From positions 1,206,185 to 1,252,115 of the forward strand of contig JAWQFM010000017.1 of NCBI GenBank assembly GCA_033442325.1: a stretch of DNA of 45,931 nt, given 5' to 3'. The notes below the pieces were generated by a model. That model worked only from the letters and a program-made list of their open reading frames with translations, was not told the origin of the DNA and did no database searches. Below, in pieces: positions 34,952-45,931 of the stretch. Source of the stretch: Salpingoeca rosetta. Lineage: Eukaryota; Protista; Choanoflagellata. A program made the position numbers and the translations under genes. Position 1 is the stretch's first letter. Each line of letters starts with the position of its first letter.

Positions 34952-35290
34952 ATGGGCTGCACAGTCAGCCATGGGCTGTCTGCCGAGGACGTGGAGGCAT
35001 ACGAAACGTGCTCGTTCTTCACGGCGACGGAGGTGATACAAGCCCTGCAGATATTTGTCACCATTGCCAACAACCCAAAGTGCGATGACCCAAAGTCCAT
35101 CACCCTTCCTTCAGCCACGGTGCGCTCGCTGCTCGTTCGTTTGTTGGTTTGTTGGTTTGTTGTTTGTTGGTTTGTTGGTTTGTTGTTTGTTGGTTTGTTC
35201 GTGTTTATGTGTGTGTGTTTTTCGTGTGTGTGTGTGTGTGTGCGTGCGTGTGTGTGTTTTTCGTGTGTGTGTGTGTGTGTGTGTGTGTCT

Positions 35291-35352
<62 letters not shown>

Positions 35353-35854
35353 TTGTGCTTGTGTACTTGTGTGCGTGCGTGCGTGTGTGTTTGTGTGTGT
35401 GTTGGTATGTTTATTTTGTGTGTGCGTGTTTGTGCTTGGCCGTACGTTTGTGTCATTTGTTTCTTGCTTGTTTGTTCCGGGCAGTCTCATGCTGTGCATG
35501 CTGTGCTTGCCATTGTTTGCGTTTTGTTGCAGGTGGCCAAGTGGCGTGGCTTGTGTCACAACCCGTTTGCCAGACGGATATGTGACGTGTTCAGCGACGA
35601 CGATGGCGAGTTTAGCTTTGACGAGTTCCTCGACATGCTTTCCGTCTTTTCAGAGCACGCCCCAAAAGACGTCAAAGCCACATACGCCTTTCGTATTTAT
35701 GGTGCGTACACACATGTGTGATGTGATGTGTGTGATGTGATATGTGTGTGGTTGATACCGTTGTCCTTCCGTGTGCCGATCTCTCTTTCTCTCTGTGTTT
35801 TCTCGCTCACTCACACACACACACACTCACTCACTCACTCACCCGTACATACGC

Positions 35855-35897
<43 letters not shown>

Positions 35898-36195
35898 CTC
35901 TCTCTCTCTCNNNNNNNNNNNNNNNNNNNNNNNNNNNNNNNNNNNNNNNNNNNNNNNNNNNNNNNNNNNNNNNNNNNNNNNNNNNNNNNNNNNNNNNNNN
36001 NNNNNNNNNNNNNNNNNNNNNNNNNNNNNNNNNNNNNNNNNNAAGAAAAATGGTTCTCCTAGTACCTGACTTGTTGGACGCGCTAACCATTCCGCCTCAA
36101 TCAACTACCCCCCTTCTCAGTGAATGTGTGCGATGCGTGTATGACTCTGTGCGTATATGTGTGAGTGTCAGTGTGCGTGAGTGTGTGTGTGTGTG

Positions 36196-36226
<31 letters not shown>

Positions 36227-36261
36227 CTGCGTCTGTGTCTGTGTGTGTGTGTGTGTGTGTT

Positions 36262-36311
<50 letters not shown>

Positions 36312-36533
36312 CTGTGTGCGTGTGGCTGTGTGCGTATGTATGTTTATTCTGTGCGTGCGTGTGTGTCTATGTGTGCGCGAGTGTGTCTGTGTATCTGAAT
36401 GTGTCTGTGTATCAGAATGTGACTGCGTAACATAACGTGCTGACTTTGCACTGTTTCCCATTCATCCCCCCCCCCTCTCTCTTCCTCTTCCTCCTCCCTT
36501 CTTGCTTGTCTTCCTTCAGCTGCAAATAACTGA
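34952..36533 (+). CDS. CIB-family (calcium- and integrin-binding) EF-hand protein, divergent paralog A; exon 3 mostly in the gap, 3' end tentative
   Basis: Exon 34952-35119 reads MGCTVS..YETCSFFTATEV. Exon 35533-35701 reads NPFARRICDVFSDDDGEFSFDEFLDMLSVFSEHAPKDVKATYAFRIY. After the gap, RKMVLLVPDLLDALTI aligns to the CIB tail [17 protein letters not shown] tiny last exon at 36520-36533 is possible. Confidence 0.8.
35911..36042. other. Assembly gap (132 N)
   Basis: Run of N. Confidence 1.
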
Positions 36534-37011
36534 CGGTAGTCGACTGTTGCCGATCTCACAGATGAACCGCGAGTGGCATGACATTGCAACATTGTGACCC
36601 TGCGTTGGTTTATGGACAAGAAAGCAGTAATCAACCAACACCAGTCAATCAACGGGCAGGAACACAGGAGTTGACACACATGCACATACACGCACGTGCT
36701 GGTAGACCAAACAACATCAGTGCACACATACAATCAATGCACTCCAAAACAAACGCATGTGAGGGACTGCTGAATGTCACGTAGCAACGCAAGCAACAAG
36801 CGGGTCTGAATGACAAACACCAATGATGACACGCACACACACACGCACGAACAGAAATACACACGCACACACACGTAACACACACACACACAAGCACACA
36901 CACACGTAACACACACACGAACAGAAATACACACACACGCACACGAACAGACACACACATACACATATAAACACACGCACTCCGCCCTCCCCATCTCTCC
37001 TGTCGTGCGGC

Positions 37012-38183
37012 TCAGATACGGATGCGGAAGGTGTTGACAAAGTCGGGTGCGCGGGAAATGACGTGTTCAAACTCAACATAGGAGAGACGGTGGTCGCCGT
37101 CGAGGTCTGCCTCCTCCAGAATCTTGTCGGCAACAAGCTCGCGCTCGTATTCGCTCAGGCCGTCCTTGCCGCACAGGCACTCGATGGTGTCCATGAGGTC
37201 CTTCTTGTCGAGATACCCATCCCCGTCAAAGTCTGCTCGTGGGCATGACGCGACGACACAATCAAGGTGTGGGTGGGAAACGCAGTGAACCAATGGATGG
37301 ATGGATGGTTGGTTGGTTGGTTGGTTGGATGGATGGGGAAGACAGGCGAGGAGCAAGGAAGGTTGGCGGGCGTGCTTTTGAAGGCTGTACAGCACCACAC
37401 CCACCGCTTTCCTCACTTAAAGCATGTGTTGCAAACAGAGCAAGCACTGGAACCCGCACCAGCCATCAGTCCCACGCCCCGAACCCCACCCCTCTCCGAC
37501 GCACCGTAGATGCGGAACGCGTATGAGGCCTTGACGTCGCGGGTCGCGCCCTCACTGAAGACGGACATCATGTCCAGGAAATCCTCAAAGGAGATGTGCC
37601 CTTTCTTTTCCCCGTCTGTAAACTGTGAAAACACAAGACATATGCGTTCCTTGAACGGGTTCTCCTTCAACTCCACCAAGTCCAGGACCTATAAGAGCAA
37701 GCACGCAACAGGGGAAACGATGGCGGTTGTCGTTGGGGGGAGGGTATTGTTTGCGTCGGGGAGTGAGCAACAGGCACAGATTGACATAATGGCTTTGACA
37801 TACACGCACAACGCACGAACGAGCACACACACAACGCACTCAACACACAACACATAAACACAAACACATACACAAGACGATAAACACAAGACAAGCAACA
37901 TATACACATACACAAGACATCAAACGCAAACGCACAAGACAACATACACATACACACATACACACATACATAAGACACCAAACGCATACACAGCACAGCA
38001 CAACACACAACACACAACACACACACACACCTGGTTCATGGCAAGGGAGTCCTCCAGCGATTTGCCGCCAAGCTGCCGATACCGCTCAAACACATGGATG
38101 ATCTCGCGCTTTGTGAAGAAGGTGCAATCCTGGTACTCTTCCAGGGTCTCTGCGTCTAGCAGCTGGCTCGATGAGCAACCCAT
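37012..38183 (-). CDS. CIB-family EF-hand protein, paralog B (CIB2/3-like); 3 exons
   Basis: Exons 38183-38031, 37688-37505 and 37232-37012. They read [73 protein letters not shown] and [36 protein letters not shown]. Confidence 0.95.
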
Positions 38184-38187
38184 CCTG

Positions 38188-38269
38188 GGTGGTGTTGGTG
38201 TTGGTGTTGGTGTTGGTGTTGGTGTTGGTGTTGGTGTTGGTGTTGGTGTTGGTGTTGGTGTTGGTGTTG
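38188..38269. repeat. (GGTGTT)n hexamer tract immediately upstream of the CIB paralog B start codon
   Basis: Directly visible, about 13 copies. Confidence 0.9.
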
Positions 38270-38676
38270 GATCAAGGATGGATGGTGGTGGGTGGGTGGA
38301 TCTTGAATGACGACGAGCGACGTTTGCGTTGTTGGGAGGAGTGGAGCTTTTTAATGCGACACCACAAAATGCAGTACAACAGCGAAAGGGGGCAAAGCAA
38401 AAGGTGGAGCCACTCTTGCTTGCAGTGCCTTGGCTTGCTTGCAGTGCCTTGCCCTACTTGCAGTTGGGCTTGTTGGTTGTCTGGTCAACAGCCTTGCTTG
38501 CGACAAGAAGACAACAAGCAAGACTTCGCATTGCAAGGGGCGAGAGCACAGCGGCGGCACGCAGCAACAACAAGGATGATAACAAAGGGCCATGCAGTAA
38601 TGTAACGTGTGCAACAGTAACAGCAGCACAGCAGAGGGGGGGGGAAGAAAAACGGCAGCAGTGTGCATGTCTGCCC

Positions 38677-39711
38677 TCAGCGCAGGACTTGCGTGAGGAG
38701 GGTCGTGACGTTGCCGGCAATGGAGTAATCTTGCCAGCCTGGAATCTCCAGCTGGTAGATGGTGGCGCCAAGGACGTAGCTGTCCTGGCGCAGCAGCGCA
38801 TCGTACCACAGCATCATGTTAACATATGTTTGCGCGCAGTCTGAGCCGTGGCCGTGGGCGCTCCACCAGCTGCAGTACTTGCGCCAGCCGCCAAAGTTGG
38901 GGGAGGCCGGCTGCGTGCAGGGAGAGTTGTCGATGCCAAACTCGGACACGACCAAGGGCAAAGTGCGGTTTGATGGGATGAGAAACTGGCGGTAGTACTT
39001 GCGGTAGCGGCCCGTCATCCAGCCCTCGCCCGTGCTGTTGTCAAAGCAGTTGGCCAAGATTGGCGAGTTGTACTCGTGCAGCCCAAGGATGCCCTGCGTG
39101 GTGTTGAAGTGGTTGTATAGCAGAGTGAGATTGTTGGTGTGTGTGTGTATATGTGAGGTGTGTATGTGTGTGTGCAGTCATGTGTGTGTGTGAAGTTGTG
39201 TGTGTGTGCATTCATGTGTGGAGAAGACAATAGCAATGGCATGGCTGGTTAAATGACAGGCACTGACTTACGTTATGCTGAATGGCAGCGTCGATGGCTG
39301 GGTTGAAGGCGTTGATGTGATCCGCCTGCGTCACATCGGGGCTGCCGGTGCCAAAGTTGCCAACGCTGGCCTTGGCTCCAATGCCTACGAAGAGCAGGAG
39401 TCATGAACAAGACAACAGCCTGAATGAAATGGAACTCACCGCACAACTAGAGGGGGTACTGGCACATGTCTTGCCTACGCATACACAGTGAATGTTAAAC
39501 ACACACACACACACACACCCACACACTAACACCAACACACGAACACGCACGCACACACACACACACACACACACACCTGGAATGGTGCTTTGGCTCACCT
39601 GCAAGCAGCTTCACGCGAGCCGCCTCAAACTGGCCAATCCACTGCATGTCCTGCAGCGTCCCTGCACCGGGTTCGTTGTACCCTTCCCAATAGTCAACGG
39701 CTGAGCCGCGA

Positions 39712-39796
<85 letters not shown>

Positions 39797-40059
39797 AATG
39801 AGGGTGAGAACCAAGTGAACAGAGTGAAGCAAGTGTGCAGAAGGCAAGTTGCAAAGGACTCGTGCACATGTGGCGTTGTTGATCCATGGGTTGCAAAAGA
39901 ACTTGAGCGAACGCACCTGGATTGGCGGTGATTGTACCCTTGTGGTCATTGAACCAGGCCTGCGCAGCTTGGGTGGGATCCCCACTCTATGTTGTGTTAA
40001 CCGAAAGCCGGTTGGGGACGGGGAGCGTGATGTGATGAGGGGTTGTTTGTTTGTTTGTT

Positions 40060-40111
<52 letters not shown>

Positions 40112-40112
40112 G

Positions 40113-40174
<62 letters not shown>

Positions 40175-40294
40175 GGTGGAATTGGAGCATCTGCTCCCCT
40201 ATTAATTTCGACCGAATGTAATTCACTCCGATGTACCCGTAGCAGCAGCAATGCCGAAACTAGAGTGCATGATTTGGTGTTGTTGTTGTTGTTG

Positions 40295-40341
<47 letters not shown>

Positions 40342-41102
40342 GTGTGTGTGTGTGTGTGTGTGTGTGTCTGTGTGTGTGTGTATGTGTGTGTGTGTGTGTG
40401 TGTGGCGCGGGGGCAACAATCAGAACGAGAAAGCCGCAACTCAGCGTGTTGGGGAGGTGGGTGACACACGCGCACGCACGCGCACGCACGCACACACCTG
40501 TGGTTGGTTTGGAAGGTAGATGCGACCAACAATGAGTGTGCTCGGGGACACCTGCTTGATTTGTGCGGCAGGCCCGAAGTTGTCCAGCAACTTGACCACT
40601 GGCGGCTTCACCGCCTGCAATCAGGCATAGGGCACGAATGGGCACAAGGCATGGTGGGTGATTCCCAGAAACCTAACAAAAAGGAACACATGCAAACAAG
40701 AAAACACATACACACACGCGAGCACGTGCGCAATCACACGCACACAAGCACAAACACAAACACAAGCACTAACACAAGCACAAACACACGCACAAACACA
40801 AGCACAAACACAAACACAAACACAAACACAAACACAAACACAAACACAAACACAAACACAAACACAAACACAAACACAAACACAAACACACGCACAAACA
40901 CAAACACAAACAAGCATACACACACGAACAAGCACAAACAAACGAGCACCTTGATGAATTCCCAGCTCTCTGTGCCGGGATCGAACGACGTGTGGATGGA
41001 CAGCTTCCCTTGCCCAGCCGCCACTGGCTTGGCCATCCAAGGCATCGTCAACAGCAGCGCAATTACAGCCATTGAGCGCCCGCACCACTGAACCCGTGCC
41101 AT
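38677..41102 (-). CDS. Secreted clan GH-A-like glycoside hydrolase (TIM barrel); 6 exons
   Basis: Signal-peptide-like MAVIALLLTMPWMAKPVAA. The spliced, phase-consistent chain reads KLSIH..VKPPVVKLLD..TLIVGRIY..DPTQAAQAW..VDYWEGYNEP (acid/base)..GNFGTGSP..LGLHEY..GRYRKYY..PLVVSEFGID (nucleophile)..WYDALLRQDSYVLGATIY. Confidence 0.75.
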
Positions 41103-41194
41103 GCTGCGAGCGTCTTCCGGTGCTGTTGTTTGTTGTGTTGGGATAGTCCTTCCTTGTATATGGGTGGATTAATCTGTGCAATTTTACCAACTAA

Positions 41195-41207
41195 TTTTCG
41201 CGCCAAT
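41195..41207 (+). promoter_or_regulatory. Overlapping double E2F-like site (TTTTCGCGCCAAT) in the 325-bp GH / chromodomain-gene bidirectional promoter
   Basis: Near-identical to the classical TTTCGCGCCAAA element and set in an AT-rich patch; function is inferred. Confidence 0.45.
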
Positions 41208-41427
41208 TTCGCAAAAGTGAAAAATCAAAAAAAAGAAATCCAAAAAAGAAAGGGAAAAGGCGTTAGAGGCGAAAAAAACAAAAGACCAGAGACACACAGA
41301 ACAAAAAAAACAGGGCACAAACCAGTACCACCAGCAGCCACATCTCTGACCCTGCCTGCACCGCGACGGAGAAAGGAAGGACCTGCCTGCCTTGTGCACG
41401 GGAACGAACAGCAACAAGCCAGCAACC

Positions 41428-42447
41428 ATGAGTGACGAGGTGCGCGTGATTGGGGAAGGGAGGCCGTCTGGGAGGGCGAGGAGTCGATTGTGGTGTGGGA
41501 CGTTCTGTTCTGTTCAAAACATACAGTGGCGTGTGGCCGTGGTTTTGTGCTGGTTTTGTGTTGAGCTGGATGCCACTGGATGCACTGGATCGGCCGCTCT
41601 TGCCACGCATCATTGCTGACGCTGATATCGATGATGTGTGGTCGTGGTCTTTGCGTGTGTGTTGCCCCTTCTTCCCTCCCCACTTGCAGCGCCGACGAAC
41701 GCGGTCGCAAGACACAAAGAAAGAACGTAAGTTCCTCGTGTGTATGCGTGTGTGCGGTTTCGCGCCAACACAACACACCAGAGCATAGCCAGCAACTGTG
41801 TTTACCCCCCCCCTCCTTCGCACAAACACACACATATATGTCCATGCTCTACTCTGCAATGCATCCGTGCATGCATTCGTTTGTGTACGCATGCTACATC
41901 ACACCCGCATCCTCGTCCTTGGCAGACTTCAACAACTCACGCGCACGCGCGCGATGTCTGCTGCCCCTGTGTTGTGTTGCTTGCGTGGCTTTGTTTGCTG
42001 GTCCAGTGCCGCCGCCATCAGAGTACAAAGGGGTGTGGTTTGAGAAGGATTTCGTTGACACCGGGAAGGTCGCCGGCACAGTGACAAAGCTGCTGGTCAA
42101 CGGACACCCGCTTCACAACGAGGACGTCTATGTGGCAGAGTATGGTCAGTCACACGACCCTGCCTGCACCAGCAATGCACGTGGTGATTTGTGCGGTGAA
42201 ATGTGGTGTGATGCGATGTGATGGGCTGCAAGCATCGCACAGCCATACCCAGCACGCCGTTGCACTCATTATGCTTGGCACATTGGCATGTTCAGTTGAC
42301 GGGGACAGCGAGGTGCTGACAAAGGATGAGCTGGACGAGCTCATCAGCACAGGAAAGTGCAAAGCGCCGCCGGTACGTTGATGCGATCTGGATGGTGGTG
42401 GGGAAAGGAGGAAGCAGATCACTTGTGTGTGTGTGTGTGTGTGTGTG

Positions 42448-42480
<33 letters not shown>

Positions 42481-42969
42481 CATCACAACTGACAATTGCC
42501 CCGCGTGTGTGCTGTCGTTGCATGAACGGTCGTCTCGTTTCGTTGCACCGTTTCATCAGCATGGTAAGCGCAACACCAAGCAGCACGCATGGGTGCGATC
42601 TGTGCATTTGTGTCTATGTGTGTGTGTGTGTATGGCTGTCTGTCTGTGTGTCTGTGTGTGTGTCTGTCTGCGGTTGTGTTCTCAGTTTGCTCATTGCAAA
42701 TGTGTTGTTCCCTTCTTCCAGGTCTTCCCAAGAAGAAGCGCACCGCCCAAGCAGCATCCTCTTCACAGGTAAACCGCAGCCCTCACTTCCCGCACACACC
42801 ACTGCATTGCTCCAACTTGCCCCACCCCATCTTGTCCGTGCCGTACTCCCCTTGACGGTTCCTTCTCGCTCACAACACCGACAACAAACAACAACAAACA
42901 ACAACAACAACAAACAACAACAAACAACAACAACAACAAACAACAACAACAACAACAAACAACAACAAC

Positions 42970-43018
<49 letters not shown>

Positions 43019-43020
43019 AA

Positions 43021-43067
<47 letters not shown>

Positions 43068-44005
43068 CCGGACAGCCGTCCACGCCAAAGAAGGCGCGCA
43101 CGCGCGGCCGCAAGTCTGCCGCTGCCACATCATCGTCGTCATCGTCATCATCGAGCACAAAGAAGACAATGAAGAAGTCAACAGCAACACCAAAGTCCAC
43201 TGCCAAGCGCTCATCTCGCCGCTCTCTCCCCGACAGCTTCTACGGCGAGCAGTACACGGTGCGCGCCATCTGTTTGTGTGTGTGTGTGTGTGCGTGTGTG
43301 CGTGTGATTCGCTTCGCCACCGCTTATCTTCCACCATTGGCATGCACCTGTGTCTGTGTGTGCGTGTTGTACGTGTATGTGTTTGTGTATTTGTATTTGC
43401 ATGTGTTTGTGTGCAGATTGAGAAGTTGGTTGACCGCAAGTACGAGCCCGCGCTCAAGTACCGCGTGCGCTGGATGGGCGACTGGCCCGAGGAGGAGAAG
43501 GTGCGCTCCTGTTGATGGTGGTAGTGGTGGTGGCGATCATAACAATCATGGTGTACTTTGATGAGGCATGCCATGCTGGTGGTGTTGGCGAGTGTGTGTT
43601 CATGAGGGGTTATCATTGCGATGAGATGGTTGATCGGTGCGGGGGTGGTGATGGGGGGTGGTGATGGGGATGGCTCCCACAGTCTCCCGTCAGAAGAGAC
43701 GCAGCGTGCAGCAGTTGAGCACGCGACATCCGTCCTTTCCTTCCTCTTCCTCTGATGCAACAACCGCTGCTGGTGCTGCTCGTGCTGTCTCACATGCAGG
43801 AGACGTGGGAGGATGTGAACAACATCAACCCGGACATGGTCAAGACATACGACAAGGAGCACGGACGTGCGTTGGTCTTTGTCTCTCGAGGAGGCTTGCG
43901 TGGGTGTGTGTGTGTGTGAATGTGTGTGCGTTTCTGTGTGAGTGTGTGTGCGTTTCTGTGCGTGCGTGCGTGCGTTTCTGTGCGTGCGTGTGTGCGTTTC
44001 TGTGC

Positions 44006-44036
<31 letters not shown>

Positions 44037-44583
44037 CGCACTTGTGCCCGAACCACTGTGTTTCCAATTCTGTCACCACCACCCCTCCCCTCTGCCTGCG
44101 CGTTGCTGGTTCTCATTGTCACCGCCCGTCCAAACCGCGATTCAACTCAAATAATACTCACACACACATACACATACACACGTACACACTCTCTCCCTCG
44201 ACCACAGCGCCGTCGAAACCAAATGTGTCTCTGAAGGCGATGGAGAAGCTCAAGGCAGAGAAGATGAAGGCCCTCAGCGATTTCAAGTACGCACGCTCCA
44301 CACACACACACACACACATACACACACTCTCTCTCTTCTCTGCTCGTGTTTGTACATATGTGTGTGTTAGCGTGTCGTGGCGTCAAAGCCCCTACCCTCG
44401 CTGCTCACTCACTCACTCACACCCACACACTCACTCTCTCTCTCACCCTCACGTTGTACATGGATGTGTTCAGGTCGCTGCTTGAGTATCTTGAGCCGCC
44501 GTCGTGGACATCGGACCACAAGAGCGTCAAGGAGCTCACCAGTGAAGAACTCCTCAACTTCCCGCTGGTGGGACCACTGCTGG

Positions 44584-44667
<84 letters not shown>

Positions 44668-44782
44668 GCTTCTTCTCGCCCTCGTTGTGCTTTCGCCCGT
44701 CACCGTCATAGTGCCAACCTGTCATGCCCATGCATCCATTGCGCACCACTGTTCTCACGGCACCTCTGTTCTTCGTGCGTGC

Positions 44783-44833
<51 letters not shown>

Positions 44834-44892
44834 CGTGTGTGTGTGTGTGCGTGCGTGTGTGTGTGCGTGTGCGTGTGCGTGTGCGTGTGCGG

Positions 44893-44958
<66 letters not shown>

Positions 44959-45035
44959 ACGTGCGGTATCAGGCCGACTTTGTGCAAGCATACGGCAAGG
45001 CGTTGGCGGAGGTGATCCAGAACAAGGAGGCGTGA
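41428..45035 (+). CDS. Tudor-like + chromodomain nuclear protein; ~12 exons including a probable 4-nt microexon
   Basis: Exons 41428-41439, 41690-41726, 42007-42144, 42296-42372, 42560-42563, 42722-42768, 43076-43258, 43417-43500, 43800-43866, 44208-44286, 44474-44567 and 44973-45035. Tudor-like: [38 protein letters not shown]. Basic linker: PKKKRT. Chromodomain: [43 protein letters not shown]. Confidence 0.8.
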
Positions 45036-45415
45036 GCAGCAGCGACTCCCGCCACCCTGCCTGTTGTTGTGCTTTTGTGTGTACGTGTGTGTGCGTGTGC
45101 ATGCGTGTCTGTCGTGTACTGTTGCGCCGTTGCGCTTGTTCTGTTCATGTCTCTGCACCTGTTGTTCCTGGTCTTCCTTCCCTTTGGTTCCCCCCCCCCT
45201 TTTTTTTTTTCTTCTTCATCGCTTGTTGGGCCCGCGTTGTTGTTGCTGTTGCTGTGGTTGGTTGTTCAACCGTGCGTGTACGTGCAATTTCCTCCCCCTC
45301 CCCCTCATTCCTTTCGAGGTGTGTCGTCGCCACGCGAGTCAGCCTCTTTGTACCCGCTGCCGCGTGCATGGCCTCCCCCCTCCCACCTGTCCATCATCAT
45401 CATCATCACCCTCAC

Positions 45416-45451
<36 letters not shown>

Positions 45452-45599
45452 CATCATCATCATCACCATCGGCAAACAACAACGAAAAAAAAAAGAAGAA
45501 GAAGAAGAAGAAGAAGAAGAAGGCAAACACAAAACGTCGCACAACACACAGCAACAAAGTAACGACAGCGAACCAAAGGTGACGGAAGTTGAACACGGC

Positions 45600-45710
45600 A
45601 TGCGTTGGCCCGAGTGTGTGCAGGCGGTGCGGCACAGGAGCGTGCCGCCAGCCGCCATTGTACCCCACTTGGCAAGCATCTCCTTCCCCGTCCCAGACGC
45701 GCAGCCACGC
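45600..45710 (+). CDS. Probable first exon of the next gene (unknown product, partial)
   Basis: ATG-initiated non-repetitive stretch (MRWPECVQAVRHRSVPPAAIVPHLASISFPVPDAQPR) ending at a consensus GTGAGT donor followed by a (GT)n intron. Confidence 0.35.
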
Positions 45711-45717
45711 GTGAGTG

Positions 45718-45778
<61 letters not shown>

Positions 45779-45866
45779 TGTCTGTGTGTGTCTGTGTGTG
45801 TCTGTGTGTGTCTGTCTGTGTGTGTCTGTGTGTGTCTGTGTGTGTCTGTCTGTGTGTGTCTGTGTG

Positions 45867-45909
<43 letters not shown>

Positions 45910-45931
45910 GTCTGTGTGTGTGTATGTCTGT

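Noticed and set aside
38188-38269. (GGTGTT)n as an interstitial telomere repeat
   Set aside because: It does not match TTAGGG-type repeats and fits the general CA/CAA-derived microsatellite spectrum, like (ACACAA)n at 40740-40915.

Overview
This is a eukaryotic, intron-rich and very gene-dense window. Introns and UTRs are packed with (CA)/(GT), (CT), (CAA) and (CAT) microsatellites. That style, together with animal-like genes, suggests a choanoflagellate such as Salpingoeca rosetta (inference only). Most ORFs in the supplied track are microsatellite read-through, so I rebuilt gene models by hand from GT-AG boundaries and codon phase. I can support about 14 genes, listed here in order. 1) HSL-family alpha/beta hydrolase (-). 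2) Single-domain globin (+). 3) PA2G4/EBP1 (+). 4) CHMP2/Vps2 (-, 3' end lost in a gap). 5) Intronless, apparently catalytically dead piggyBac-derived protein with an AT-hook and polyQ/polyH (+). 6) AKTIP/Ft1-like UEV protein fused to a PH domain (-). 7) Nup58-like FG nucleoporin (+). 8) PTRH2 (-, catalytic C-terminal exon not found). 9) SHLD2/FAM35A (shieldin-2)-like OB-fold/C4-zinc protein (+). 10) DCC1/DSCC1 (-). 11-12) Two tail-to-tail CIB-family EF-hand paralogs. 13) Secreted clan GH-A-like glycoside hydrolase resembling bacterial proteins (-). 14) Tudor-like plus chromodomain protein (+) that seems to need a 4-nt microexon. The main highlights are the shieldin-2-like gene, the domesticated piggyBac transposase, the UEV-PH fusion, E2F-like sites in short bidirectional promoters and complementary CA/GT repeats inside introns. 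All family assignments come from motifs I recognise from memory; no database search was run.
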